DNA from: a virus
Taxonomy: Duplodnaviria; Caudoviricetes
Reading direction: 5' to 3' (one strand)
IMG/VR virus record: IMGVR_UViG_3300032236_001513
Location: 1 to 63,107 of that record
Length of the DNA: 63,107 nucleotides
Position 1 is the stretch's first letter. Every line of letters starts with the position of its first letter. Below, one piece after another: positions 9,309-19,324 of the stretch. Made by a program: the position numbers and the translations under genes. Under the pieces are notes generated by a model, which saw nothing but the letters and a program-made list of their open reading frames with translations, had not been told where the DNA came from and ran no database searches.

Positions 9309-9902
9309 TTACCTCTCAATAGTATATATCTGTTTTTTACCCTGATGTTCAATAACCTGACCCACGATCCAATCGGGCGGCAGTCGATTAGACCAACGCA
9401 ACAAATCTACTTTACCATAATTATAGTAGCTACGATAATTCTCTACTGGATCAGTTCCTACCTTGTACTTGTCATCCATGCAAGATGGCATAGTAGTAAA
9501 CGCTTGCTCAGTTAGATTGGTCGGAGGCTTACTCAGGACGTTCCCCAGCTTATCAATAGTAAGATGACTACGACCATAGCGATAGGTATACTCATCACCA
9601 AGAGCAAGTAGATGATCAAACAACCAATTATAATTTGCAATAGATTGTCGTGTCCAGATTGCCGACGGGTGATTAATATGAGTAGCAGAATACATAATAT
9701 CATCAAGATCATTTGAAAGTTTCCATCGTTTCGCTTTACGACCAGAACTAGACTGGCCCTCGTATTCTACACCGTCTATGATACGGTGTGCAGTTGAAAG
9801 TAGCTGCGCTGTCTCCAAAATCATCTTGACTACATGGCGATCAACCATTGACTGTGCAGCAATTACAGGATCAGGGTGTACATAAAAAATGTTAATAACC
9901 AA
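9309..9902 (-). CDS. Pyrimidine-dimer DNA glycosylase (DenV-like family)
   Basis: NIF, DRHVVKMILETAQLLSTAH, THINHPS and YRSYY motifs; start may be ATT at 9896. Confidence 0.75.
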   Translation of the reverse strand: MVINIFYVHPDPVIAAQSMVDRHVVKMILETAQLLSTAHRIIDGVEYEGQSSSGRKAKRWKLSNDLDDIMYSATHINHPSAIWTRQSIANYNWLFDHLLALGDEYTYRYGRSHLTIDKLGNVLSKPPTNLTEQAFTTMPSCMDDKYKVGTDPVENYRSYYNYGKVDLLRWSNRLPPDWIVGQVIEHQGKKQIYTIER

Positions 9903-9946
9903 ACTCCTTCAAATTGATAAATACACTAAAGATGGTGGAACCTATA

Positions 9947-11179
9947 ATGGATATTAGAAACATACTCAAACTTATAACAGAAAATTCACAGCCTGTCAAC
10001 AAAAAGGAACCATTCTCAGCTAAGATGCAGGTCATGTCCCTTCCGCAGTTCGTTGAGAAGTCCGAAGAAGAACAGGAAGTTGATGAGGCTAAATTAGATG
10101 CGCCTGCTCGCGTGATAGATGGTGAAGACTTAGAATCATATCTTGATCGTGTTATAGGAACTCCAGTTGTTGATCCTAAAACAGGTGAAGTCAAGAAAAC
10201 TCCTCGCGGCACCGAAAAGTATGTCTCAGGTAAAACCAAACAAGATAAGTTTAAGTTACCTTATGTGCATCGAAGCAATGTTGTTCCTATCGTAGATGAA
10301 ACCGGTAGCAAGTATGACTTAGATACGTTACGTGATATGATCACTAAGCGTCCTGCTAAGATTCTAAAACAGAATGAAAAGATGCAACACAGTGATGGTA
10401 CTGCAAGCGTGTTCTATAACATCGGTTTGCCGGCACTAAAGGGCCTCGCATACGATGAAGAAAATCAAAACTTCGTGGTCATTGATACTTGTCCAGGTGC
10501 CGGGCAATGCCAGGTTTTCTGTTTTGCGATGAAGGGTGGATATGTTCAGTGGAAGGGCGTGTCTCTAAGTCAATCAAGACTGCTGAACTTCCTGTACAAT
10601 GATCCTGATGGCTTCATGTATAAATTAGGTGAAGAGATTGCATCAGCATATAAAAGATACAACAAGAAAGGTAAGCAAACTAAGCTTGCTATTCGCTGGC
10701 ATGACGCCGGTGATTTCTTCTCAACTGAATATCTAGACAAAGCATATGAATTAGCACGTCGTTTTCCTAACGTAGATTTTTATGCTTATACCAAGATAGC
10801 TTCAGTTGCAAAATCAGAGAAACCTGATAACTTCATCATCAATTTTTCGATGGGTGCAAAACCTTCACAAGAACGAGAGATCGATTTTACTAGAGAAAAA
10901 AATAGCCGTGTTGTTCCAGAGGTATTATTCAAGGACCTTGTAGAACGAACCAAAGACGGTAAGTTAGTATACAAAGACGAGCAGTCACTTCAGACATTGA
11001 AGAATCGTATCGCTGCAAAATATAGCGTGGATCCTGATAGCATCATCACTTATGATCAGATGATGAAGATTCCTAAAAGTGAAGAGCGTGGAAAGTGGAA
11101 TGTCATTGTCAAACAGGGCGACGGTGATGACTCTGCTAATAGAAATGATGTTCTCAACACATTCCTATTGATGCACTAA
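9947..11179 (+). CDS. Gp88-like Fe-S/radical-SAM-related protein with capsid-targeting-like N-terminus
   Basis: CPGAGQCQVFC, IRWHDAGDF and FYAYTK motifs; MDIRNILKLITE start; GATAAATA at 9916-9923. Confidence 0.65.
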   Translation: MDIRNILKLITENSQPVNKKEPFSAKMQVMSLPQFVEKSEEEQEVDEAKLDAPARVIDGEDLESYLDRVIGTPVVDPKTGEVKKTPRGTEKYVSGKTKQDKFKLPYVHRSNVVPIVDETGSKYDLDTLRDMITKRPAKILKQNEKMQHSDGTASVFYNIGLPALKGLAYDEENQNFVVIDTCPGAGQCQVFCFAMKGGYVQWKGVSLSQSRLLNFLYNDPDGFMYKLGEEIASAYKRYNKKGKQTKLAIRWHDAGDFFSTEYLDKAYELARRFPNVDFYAYTKIASVAKSEKPDNFIINFSMGAKPSQEREIDFTREKNSRVVPEVLFKDLVERTKDGKLVYKDEQSLQTLKNRIAAKYSVDPDSIITYDQMMKIPKSEERGKWNVIVKQGDGDDSANRNDVLNTFLLMH

Positions 11180-11184
11180 AGGCA

Positions 11185-12522
11185 TCAAAACTCAAACAAT
11201 CCTAACCCAGTCACTTCTTCTTTAGGTTCAAAAGAAGGATCCCTTGTCAACCAAGTATCCTTGTCAGTATAGATCACTCTAAACTTATGCTTGTTAGAAA
11301 GCACTGATTTGATATCATCGATACAAACAGTATTTCGATTCAGTCCTGCAATAAAGTCAGCATACTTGATAGTAGTCTCATTACAAATCTTGGCTGTATT
11401 GCTGTTAGACTTCTTACAAGTAAACTCATTGAAGCAGTCATTCCAATGATAGAATACATTGTTTTCTTGTTTTCTAAAGTATTCGATAGATTCGGTAGCA
11501 TACCAAACTCTTGCAGTATAAAATTTTTCATAAGCAAAAAGAATATCGTTAGCCATATTTTTCTTGTTTGTTTTAAAGAACCTCTTACTATCGAAGTTAT
11601 TAGTCCAGCGTTGATTCTCAAGCACAAATGTAGGAAGCTGAATCATCTGTTCATGGAAAGCTATACCGTAGCTCTCTACTGTACTAGGATTGAAGGCGAC
11701 ACGACAATTCGTGATGAAGTCGACCTTCTCTTGACCTATCACACTAACCGCAATCTTGTAATCAACACCTAGCTTCTTCAACCGATCTTCGAACTTCTTA
11801 GCACCATTCGCATTCGTCATGACACGAGCAGGTAGTTTAGTCTGTTCAATCAGATCAAGATAGAGTTCAGGATTCTTGCCTTCTTCCCATCTACCGATAA
11901 ACAGAACACCCTCACGGGGCTTATCATATTCTTGTAATAGTCCCTTTTCAGGGAGAGGAATAGGAAGATGATAAGAATCTTCAATCTGTAGCTGATTGAA
12001 CTTGCTTTGTGTACCAACAAAGATATTATCCATATCAAGTTGTTTACGCATCATCTGATTCACACTATCAAGAAAAGGATTCTTAGTATCCTTGAAAATT
12101 TGACTCTCCAGATGGGTATATGCGATTATCTGAATACAGTCATCCAGTCCCATAGTACTTGCAACCTGCATAGTTTCATATGTGTTGCAAATGAAGGTAT
12201 CGTAAATATTAGTTGTTAATGCCTTGATGATAGCGTTGCGGAAGTTAGCCATGCGTTCATAACAGAAACTATCTCCATACATGAAGATAGCACTGTGATC
12301 CGTATAGCGCAACGGGTTGCTGGGATAAATGATGTTTGCTTTGAGTTCTTTGACAAACTCATCAGCGATGCCTTGAGGATTCTTGTCAGTGATGATATCT
12401 ACATATATTCCATGGCTAGACATCAAATCACAAAAACTTTTTGTGAACTGGCCGATACCGCCGTGCGGAATTAATGTCTGTGAACTAACTAGAAATCCAA
12501 TTCTTTTCATTAGGTTGCCCAA
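11185..12522 (-). CDS. Glycosyltransferase, GT-B (GT4-like)
   Basis: HGGIG, LFIGRWEEGKNP and PSTVESYGIAFHE motifs; start may be the second Met (MKRIGF). Confidence 0.85.
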   Translation of the reverse strand: MGNLMKRIGFLVSSQTLIPHGGIGQFTKSFCDLMSSHGIYVDIITDKNPQGIADEFVKELKANIIYPSNPLRYTDHSAIFMYGDSFCYERMANFRNAIIKALTTNIYDTFICNTYETMQVASTMGLDDCIQIIAYTHLESQIFKDTKNPFLDSVNQMMRKQLDMDNIFVGTQSKFNQLQIEDSYHLPIPLPEKGLLQEYDKPREGVLFIGRWEEGKNPELYLDLIEQTKLPARVMTNANGAKKFEDRLKKLGVDYKIAVSVIGQEKVDFITNCRVAFNPSTVESYGIAFHEQMIQLPTFVLENQRWTNNFDSKRFFKTNKKNMANDILFAYEKFYTARVWYATESIEYFRKQENNVFYHWNDCFNEFTCKKSNSNTAKICNETTIKYADFIAGLNRNTVCIDDIKSVLSNKHKFRVIYTDKDTWLTRDPSFEPKEEVTGLGLFEF

Positions 12523-13358
12523 GCATTCTTGAAAAGCGGCACCTGAAGTCTATCACTATAGCGCCAACCGAACTGTAATGCAGCCATAGCTACATTCTTG
12601 TTGTTCATCGCATAGACACTCTCAACACCACCTACCGGCATCAGATAGATCGGAATATTGAAGTTGTCAATTCCTGCTTTGAAGAAGCTAACTGCGAGTG
12701 TCGCATCAGCGATATCTTCCGGAGTAGCAACTACAAACTTGAGATATGTATATCCCACACTATTATATTCTTCTACGATATGCGGCTTGATAGCTTCATC
12801 AAATGAATGGCTTGAATTAGGAAGTTTAGCACTCACACTAAAAGTGATCTGCCTTTCGCTATCCTGCTTAAGCCATTCAAGCAAATACTTTTTGAGTCCT
12901 TCATTCAGCTTCTGTGTACCATTCGTCTCAAAAGTAATTTCTTTAAGACCCCGCATCTTAGGATGGCTAAGAAGTGCAGGATATGCCTTCTGCCAGCTTA
13001 AGAGTGGTTCTCCTCCCGTAATGACAAGATGTTCATTTCGCCATTCGTTGAACGGAAGGAGTTCCATAATATTATCGACAATAGAATCGACATCCATGAA
13101 CGGAGACAGATGTTTAAAGCGAGGATCCCAGGATGCATATGAATCGCATCCTGTAGTGACGAGCGGAAGTTCTTTGTATTCTTTATAATCATCTGCGTTT
13201 ATCTGCGTCCGCTCAGTTGAGAGTTCACCTCTCAGCATACCAAAGCCACCGCACGTAAAGTTGCAGCCAAATGTGCGAAGGAACACGCTGGGAACTCCTT
13301 GATATCTTCCTTCGCCTTGGATTGAATAAAATAATTCAGATACTTTGATTTGTGCCAT
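12510..13358 (-). CDS. queE: 7-carboxy-7-deazaguanine synthase (radical SAM)
   Basis: FYSIQGEG, FLRTFGCNFTC...CDS, ITGGEP, ETNGT and RLQV motifs. Confidence 0.92.
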   Translation of the reverse strand: MAQIKVSELFYSIQGEGRYQGVPSVFLRTFGCNFTCGGFGMLRGELSTERTQINADDYKEYKELPLVTTGCDSYASWDPRFKHLSPFMDVDSIVDNIMELLPFNEWRNEHLVITGGEPLLSWQKAYPALLSHPKMRGLKEITFETNGTQKLNEGLKKYLLEWLKQDSERQITFSVSAKLPNSSHSFDEAIKPHIVEEYNSVGYTYLKFVVATPEDIADATLAVSFFKAGIDNFNIPIYLMPVGGVESVYAMNNKNVAMAALQFGWRYSDRLQVPLFKNAWAT

Positions 13359-13743
13359 TATCCATGTCCTCTAGATACCGTCGTAGTTCTTTATCGGTAG
13401 GTTGTACGGCATAATTGTTTTTAAAGAAGATTTCATAACTGTCACTGCCGTATTTACCGATACCATAAAGCACTTTAGCATCATCATGATCCCATGTCAA
13501 GTAATCACGGCTCATGCCTAATAGCCTTTTCACCCTGATGTTGGTCATGCCTAGAGAAGCAACAACACCTTTAATGTCTTCTTCCTTGGCGTTGAGTAGT
13601 TTGTCAGGAACATCCCAGCGTTTCAGAAACTCAGGTAAAACTTTCTTCACTTGCTTTCTAGATGTTTGATTCAACATTATAACACCGACCATGTGTTGCC
13701 ACGGTCCGTCTATCTGTTGTTGCACCATCAAATCATCACGCAT
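13336..13743 (-). CDS. HhH-GPD DNA glycosylase, MBD4-like
   Basis: PWQ...IMLNQT, HhH motif LYGIGKYGSDSYEIF, catalytic-type PTDKEL; start MRDDL overlaps the upstream stop. Confidence 0.8.
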   Translation of the reverse strand: MRDDLMVQQQIDGPWQHMVGVIMLNQTSRKQVKKVLPEFLKRWDVPDKLLNAKEEDIKGVVASLGMTNIRVKRLLGMSRDYLTWDHDDAKVLYGIGKYGSDSYEIFFKNNYAVQPTDKELRRYLEDMDNGTNQSI

Positions 13744-14303
13744 CACAGTGCTGACTTCCACCAGTTTTCCCAAGGAAAAATACACCAGACATCATCTTCA
13801 CTTTTATCTATGATTTCAGTAGCATAGTTTGTTTCAAACTCACTTGCAGCGTTTTCCACAAGGGCTGCAAACCTAACATTTGCACCCCAAACTTTTTCCC
13901 AAGCATCCGTTTCTTGTGGCAAGCATGAATTTTGCCAATCCTTTTTGATCCAATTGAATGTTGCACCTGAATCATTGATATCATCAATGATCAAGATTTT
14001 ACTACGCTTTCCTATATCCCATCTTGCGTTTCCATATTTGACACGTTCATCAGAATGGATATAACCAAATGCATCTTCTGCCATCCAGCAATTGGATTCA
14101 GTTATGTTTCCATTACGCAGGCTCACTTTGAGTGTTTCCATTGGAATGCTAAAGTAGTGACTGATCTTGATTGCAGGAATCAGTCCGCCTCGGGATAGGC
14201 CAACTACATAATCAGGGATCCATTTGTCCTTGATCATTTGACGAATAATGTCATGAATACATGAATCAACCTGTTCGTCGGTATAATATACTTTTCTTAC
14301 CAA
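13743..14303 (-). CDS. Purine phosphoribosyltransferase (Gpt-like, type I)
   Basis: VGLSRGGLIP, PRPP loop ILIIDDINDSGAT, C-terminal WCIFPWE. Confidence 0.88.
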   Translation of the reverse strand: MVRKVYYTDEQVDSCIHDIIRQMIKDKWIPDYVVGLSRGGLIPAIKISHYFSIPMETLKVSLRNGNITESNCWMAEDAFGYIHSDERVKYGNARWDIGKRSKILIIDDINDSGATFNWIKKDWQNSCLPQETDAWEKVWGANVRFAALVENAASEFETNYATEIIDKSEDDVWCIFPWENWWKSAL

Positions 14304-14323
14304 TTGTGTTCTCCGAAAAATTG

Positions 14324-15166
14324 TTATACAATAACTTGCATAGGCTCAATAAAGAAGCATTGCTTGTTAACATCGGCTTCGCGAAATTTTGCCCAAACAT
14401 CAAACGAATTATCAAGTAAAAATTTATCAAACCAACCGGTATTCTGATTGGTCTTATGAAGATACCAATTGAGCCTGAGTGCCCATTCTATCTTCTTCTT
14501 CATAAAATCTGGATGATTGATATCTCTTGGATCATCCAGATTACTCTCTAGTAATTCTCGTTCTTCGGCAGTATGATCATCATTATTACCTGTCAAATCA
14601 TGACGATCATGAAGGATATAAACTTCCGGTACATTCTGTATACAATCAGTTATGTATCCAAGTTGACTTATCCAGGTATCTGAGTGATGATTAGCAGAGA
14701 ACTCTCCAAATAACAGAACCCAGTCTTTAGGGACACAAGGAAAAATAGCATTAGGATGTTCATTGTGATTATCACGGAACCGAAGTACCTTCATCTGACC
14801 ATTATATTTTTCAATAGCCAAATCCCAGTCATCGGTTTGCATTATCGCATCATCATTCCACAATAACAACCAATTACCAATGGATTGCTTTGACAATTCA
14901 TTGTAGTAATTGTGTAATTTAGCATATCCCTGCCTTGGGCAAACATATGATCTCATCTCAATTTTTGAGTTATTCAATTCTTCCACTAGTTCAGTACCAA
15001 TAAACTTTTTTGTTGCCTCATCATCCTCATCAATGGCAATTAGAAATTCAATTCCTTCCATAGTAGATGCGGTTTTGATCAGCGAATCAATGCTTTGTTT
15101 CAACGAATCTACCCTTTTCCTAGTAGGGATAAGAACAGAAATTCTCAATGGTGTATCATATCTCAT
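14324..15166 (-). CDS. Glycosyltransferase, GT-A (GT2-like)
   Basis: ISVLIPTRKR, IDEDD and LLWNDD motifs. Confidence 0.82.
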   Translation of the reverse strand: MRYDTPLRISVLIPTRKRVDSLKQSIDSLIKTASTMEGIEFLIAIDEDDEATKKFIGTELVEELNNSKIEMRSYVCPRQGYAKLHNYYNELSKQSIGNWLLLWNDDAIMQTDDWDLAIEKYNGQMKVLRFRDNHNEHPNAIFPCVPKDWVLLFGEFSANHHSDTWISQLGYITDCIQNVPEVYILHDRHDLTGNNDDHTAEERELLESNLDDPRDINHPDFMKKKIEWALRLNWYLHKTNQNTGWFDKFLLDNSFDVWAKFREADVNKQCFFIEPMQVIV

Positions 15167-15666
15167 TTTAGTAAATCCTCATTCCATTCACGATGACCTT
15201 CTCGGAAGGCCATATTGCTCTGTGTCTCACGCACTTCAACGCGATAGCACCATAAACGTTCAGCCTCACCCGGACCCCAATGATCAGGGATATAGACGCT
15301 ATTAATAAACTTATAGATCATATCCGCAAGAGCCTCACACCCCAATGCAGGGAGAATAGTAAGTTTTGCCATCTTCTTTTCTTGAAGCATCTTGAAGGTC
15401 TCAATCTCAGGATCATCTTCTGCAACGAGAAGTGTATGATCAAACTGATCCTCAAGAATACCTTTGAGGTCTTTCAGACCGCCATAGTCTGCGCACCAGT
15501 TACGAGCATCAAGCGTATCAGCACCGAAGTAAACCTTGATACTGAAACTGTACCCATGAATGAGATTACAGTGACTGTCGGCTCGCCACTGGCGATATGC
15601 ACACGGGAACGCATCATGCCATTCCTTTGTGCTTGTGTATCTATAAACAACTGGTTGATATGTCAT
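15163..15666 (-). CDS. queD: 6-carboxy-5,6,7,8-tetrahydropterin synthase
   Basis: CNLIHGYS, DYGGLK, FDHTLL and EVRET motifs. Confidence 0.9.
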   Translation of the reverse strand: MTYQPVVYRYTSTKEWHDAFPCAYRQWRADSHCNLIHGYSFSIKVYFGADTLDARNWCADYGGLKDLKGILEDQFDHTLLVAEDDPEIETFKMLQEKKMAKLTILPALGCEALADMIYKFINSVYIPDHWGPGEAERLWCYRVEVRETQSNMAFREGHREWNEDLLK

Positions 15667-15733
15667 GCTTTTCTCCTATGTTAGTATTAGCATAGGCGGC
15701 AGAATTTGTCAAGCGGGATGACGCCGAGACCGC
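15667..15733 (-). promoter_or_regulatory. Structured queD leader (RBS-sequestering hairpin plus possible pseudoknot)
   Basis: CCTATG/CATAGG hairpin covers ATAGGAG; upstream GCGG/CCGC stem with loop GGCG complementary to CGCC; also contains TTGACA. Confidence 0.4.
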
Positions 15734-15954
15734 TATTTGAAACGTTTGACAGTGATAACACCGTATCGTAACATACTCGTTTCACACCCTATCCTATTTA
15801 TAACTTGTTCAGCTAGCTGAACCATTCTTACACTATTCCCACATATGATAGTGAGCGGAAATTCACTCTGATTCATCAGTATGAAGTTTTCTACTAAAAG
15901 ATCAACATCCTGATGCCTGACACCATGTAGGTCCAACTGAGTTTTTAGTTCCAT
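15733..15954 (-). CDS. Stand-alone Smr-domain-like protein
   Basis: LDLHGV and IICGNS motifs; about 73 aa; ends in TAG. Confidence 0.65.
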   Translation of the reverse strand: MELKTQLDLHGVRHQDVDLLVENFILMNQSEFPLTIICGNSVRMVQLAEQVINRIGCETSMLRYGVITVKRFK

Positions 15955-15965
15955 ATCTAGTATTT

Positions 15966-16190
15966 TTAATATGTAGTTATCCATTCACCGAGGACTTCTC
16001 GCAAACAATACTGACAGAGGTCAATGCTTATGTGCGTTCCGTCACCGAATGTCTTGTTACCGTAACCACATTGATCTTTCCATGATAGAAACTCTTGCAT
16101 CTCCATAATATCATCATATGTATTTTCACAACGATCACACTTGATAGCAGCAGTAATAGTAATTTCTTTAGTTTCGGTAATCTTACTCAT
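15966..16190 (-). CDS. Small zinc-finger-like protein
   Basis: CDRC...DLCQYC. Confidence 0.65.
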   Translation of the reverse strand: MSKITETKEITITAAIKCDRCENTYDDIMEMQEFLSWKDQCGYGNKTFGDGTHISIDLCQYCLREVLGEWITTY

Positions 16191-16191
16191 T

Positions 16192-16869
16192 CTACTTTCC
16201 CATTCTTGCAATACTAAGGAATTCTGCCCTAGCAGCCGGATCAGTCTTGAAACCGCCGCCCAGCTTACAAGTCACTGTGCTAGAACCTGTATCTTCCACG
16301 CCCCTAGCAGCGACACAATAATGCCGGGCATCAATCATGACAGCAACATTGTCAGTTTCGAGGATGTAGCACAGAGTATGAAACACTTGTTCAGTCAGGC
16401 GCTCTTGAATCTGGGGACGCTTCGCAAAATATTCTACGATACGATTGATCTTGGAGAGTCCCAGTACTTTTTCGTTGGGAACATACGCTACCGTAGCGAG
16501 ACCGTCGATGATGACGAAGTGGTGTTCGCAGTTGGATTGAACATTTACGTTGCGCTCAACAACCATCTCATCATACTTCATCTTGTTCGCAACCGTGGTG
16601 CATTTAGGGAATGCATCATAATCCAGGCCCCAGAAGATTTCTCCAACATACATCTTGGCTACACGCTTGGGAGTATCCATTAGACTATCATCGCTCAGGT
16701 CTAGCCCCAGAGTCTCCATGATGTCCTTGAACTTGCGCTCAATGATCTCAATCTTATCTACTCTGCTCAGATTATTTTCTTTAGTAGGAGTCTCGACTCC
16801 CTTTTCTACGAGATACTTATGAACTCGTTGTCCCAGATCGGGATCTGCTTTAGTTTTATTAAACGACAT
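16192..16869 (-). CDS. folE: GTP cyclohydrolase I
   Basis: TPKRVAKM, SNCEHHF, GLSKINRIV, RPQIQERLT and HYCVAARG motifs; likely start MSFNK at 16869. Confidence 0.95.
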   Translation of the reverse strand: MSFNKTKADPDLGQRVHKYLVEKGVETPTKENNLSRVDKIEIIERKFKDIMETLGLDLSDDSLMDTPKRVAKMYVGEIFWGLDYDAFPKCTTVANKMKYDEMVVERNVNVQSNCEHHFVIIDGLATVAYVPNEKVLGLSKINRIVEYFAKRPQIQERLTEQVFHTLCYILETDNVAVMIDARHYCVAARGVEDTGSSTVTCKLGGGFKTDPAARAEFLSIARMGK

Positions 16870-16951
16870 TTCTTTTCCTTTCCTTTCAAAGCATCTAACG
16901 TTTATGCTCAACGGGATATTTCCAAGTGTCACCTTTGTGTGACGTAAGTAT

Positions 16952-18040
16952 TTATGAGTTAGCGAACACTGCGTTAAATTGTTTATTCACGCGAACAAAT
17001 GTAGTGCATTTGCTGAGGTTCTTGAGTTCAGCAGCGCCGACATAAGTGCAAGCACTACGCAACCCACCGAGGATATCCCGCACCACTGCATCTGTTGGAC
17101 CCTTGTAAGGAATAATCACCGTCCTACCTTCACTTGAGCGATAATCTGCTACCCCGCCATTGTGCTTGTTCATAGCAGTCTCGCTGCTCATTCCGTAGAA
17201 CTTTACTAGGGTCTCAGTAGTCAGGATATCGTCACCTTCATCTGTGCAATATCCTGCCTTCCGCCAGCGATAGTGCTTCTCGCCACCGCCTTCGTCACAT
17301 CCTGCGAGCATACCTCCTAGCATGACGAAATCCGCGCCTGCACCAAAAGCTTTGGCAACGTCACCAGGGCAAGTACAACCGCCGTCAGCAATAATGTGTC
17401 CACCAAGACCATGAGCAGCATCCGCACATTCGATGATGGCTGATAGTTGCGGGTACCCCACTCCAGTCTGTATGCGAGTAGTGCAAACACTACCAGGTCC
17501 AATACCAACTTTAATAATGTCAGCTCCACGTAGAATCAACTCCTGTGTCATATCTGCGGTAACAACGTTTCCCGCAATAATCGTATGTTCGGGATACTTA
17601 TCACGAACCTTAGAAACAAAATCACCGAATGCTTCACTGTATCCGTTTGCAACATCAATGCAGATAAAGCGAAGTTCAGAATATGCAGCCAGAATTTCTT
17701 GCAGCTTAGCATAATCTGCTTCACTCGTGCCAGTGCTTACTGCAACATGGTTAGCAAAATGCATACCGTTTTCTGTTTCAGCACGTGTATAGTCATCAAG
17801 TGTATATGATTTGACAAGGCAAGTAAACATCTGATGATCGTACAAACGACTAGCCATATCAAATGTACCGACACCATCCATGTTAGCAGCCATGATGGGA
17901 ACACCTGTGTATTCCTGTCCGCTATGCTTGAACTTGTATGTGCGTTGTAGATCAACCTCCTTACGACTAGACAATGTTGACCGCTTTGGACGAATCAGCA
18001 CATCACTAAAATCAAGAAGGATTTCGTTTTCAATACGCAT
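16952..18040 (-). CDS. guaC: GMP reductase
   Basis: [37 protein letters not shown] and FYGMSS motifs. Confidence 0.93.
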   Translation of the reverse strand: MRIENEILLDFSDVLIRPKRSTLSSRKEVDLQRTYKFKHSGQEYTGVPIMAANMDGVGTFDMASRLYDHQMFTCLVKSYTLDDYTRAETENGMHFANHVAVSTGTSEADYAKLQEILAAYSELRFICIDVANGYSEAFGDFVSKVRDKYPEHTIIAGNVVTADMTQELILRGADIIKVGIGPGSVCTTRIQTGVGYPQLSAIIECADAAHGLGGHIIADGGCTCPGDVAKAFGAGADFVMLGGMLAGCDEGGGEKHYRWRKAGYCTDEGDDILTTETLVKFYGMSSETAMNKHNGGVADYRSSEGRTVIIPYKGPTDAVVRDILGGLRSACTYVGAAELKNLSKCTTFVRVNKQFNAVFANS

Positions 18041-19230
18041 CAGTATTTTGCCTCTCTTGTGTGTTTACGATAGTCAGTGGACATTCGAAGCCACTGTTCA
18101 CCCTTGCCTTCGATAATATCAACAATTCGATCAATAGTCTTGTCAGTCCAATCACTGATCTTGCCCATGTTCGGATGTGCCTTCTTCAACAGATTGTCTA
18201 GCTTACTGATTGCATCATCAATCGACCACGGAATATAAAGACGATCAGGATCATTGGCAAATGTCTCGGGGAAACTGCGATACGCAGGATACAAGACATT
18301 GCAGCCTAAGGCATCTGCTTCACTCACGGTATTTGAAACCCAATCTTGAAGCGCACAATTGAAGACCACACGACTGTCATTGACGATCTCGTAGTACTTG
18401 TTCTTATCAAGATTATCATAGATGGTTAGCTTACCATTGTCAACCATTTTATGAGTGCGAGCCATATAACTATCATTGTTAGATTTCAATTCGCCGCCGC
18501 TGCAAATGACGAACTCAACATCCTTACTTGGGAATCGTTCACGCCATGCTTCAATAAGGTCCATATAAAAGTCAGGTTGCTTCTCTTGATCCCAACGAGC
18601 AGAGAACACAACTCGCAGACGACGATCATTGAATGGCTTGATCTTACCTTCAACACGTTCAATGACTTCTGACTTACCAAATGCAAGACCAGAGATATTG
18701 TAGATAGGTGCAGTCCAACCTGCGACCTTCATATGCATGACCATCTCCTCATTTGATGCGAGAATTGCACCATTGGAGATAGAGACGATCTCATTGACCA
18801 TGCGTTCATAGTCACCCATCCACTTCTGTAAGCCCCACACATGAACAAAATCATCAGGGTCGATTGATTGTGCTAGGCAGCGAACAAAGATGCGGGGACG
18901 AAGTTTTTCTGGAATCTGATTAATGATGTAGCCAAGGCTCTCAAAGCCCGGTTGGAACATGTCTTCAAAGTATACCACATCTTGATTAGTTACCTCACCT
19001 TGCTGCATCAATCGTACTAGGTTCATCATTTGACTCATCGCAAAGTAAGAACGACCGTGTGCATCAAGCACTTGACCAACCACAATCTTTTGACTGTTAT
19101 TGAGAGTCAATCCCGGAACATATGATACATCCAATCCACGCCGAGAAAATACTCGACGGTTCCATTCAGTAAGTTGCAGGGTGTAACGAGCATTGTATGC
19201 TTCCAGACCGCAGTAATATAGCTTTCTCAT
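18040..19230 (-). CDS. Glycosyltransferase, GT-B fold
   Basis: [26 protein letters not shown] and YRSFPE motifs. Confidence 0.78.
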   Translation of the reverse strand: MRKLYYCGLEAYNARYTLQLTEWNRRVFSRRGLDVSYVPGLTLNNSQKIVVGQVLDAHGRSYFAMSQMMNLVRLMQQGEVTNQDVVYFEDMFQPGFESLGYIINQIPEKLRPRIFVRCLAQSIDPDDFVHVWGLQKWMGDYERMVNEIVSISNGAILASNEEMVMHMKVAGWTAPIYNISGLAFGKSEVIERVEGKIKPFNDRRLRVVFSARWDQEKQPDFYMDLIEAWRERFPSKDVEFVICSGGELKSNNDSYMARTHKMVDNGKLTIYDNLDKNKYYEIVNDSRVVFNCALQDWVSNTVSEADALGCNVLYPAYRSFPETFANDPDRLYIPWSIDDAISKLDNLLKKAHPNMGKISDWTDKTIDRIVDIIEGKGEQWLRMSTDYRKHTREAKY

Positions 19231-19272
19231 TTATTTTTCCTTTGTGAATTAATTTTACCTTACATGATGGTA

Positions 19273-19303
19273 TGAATGGTTGGCACTAAGTACCAACCAT
19301 TCA
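19273..19303. other. Strong intergenic hairpin
   Basis: 14-bp inverted repeat TGAATGGTTGG(C/T)AC with 3-nt loop. Confidence 0.5.
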
Positions 19304-19324
19304 GTATTGCCATTGGCAATTACA

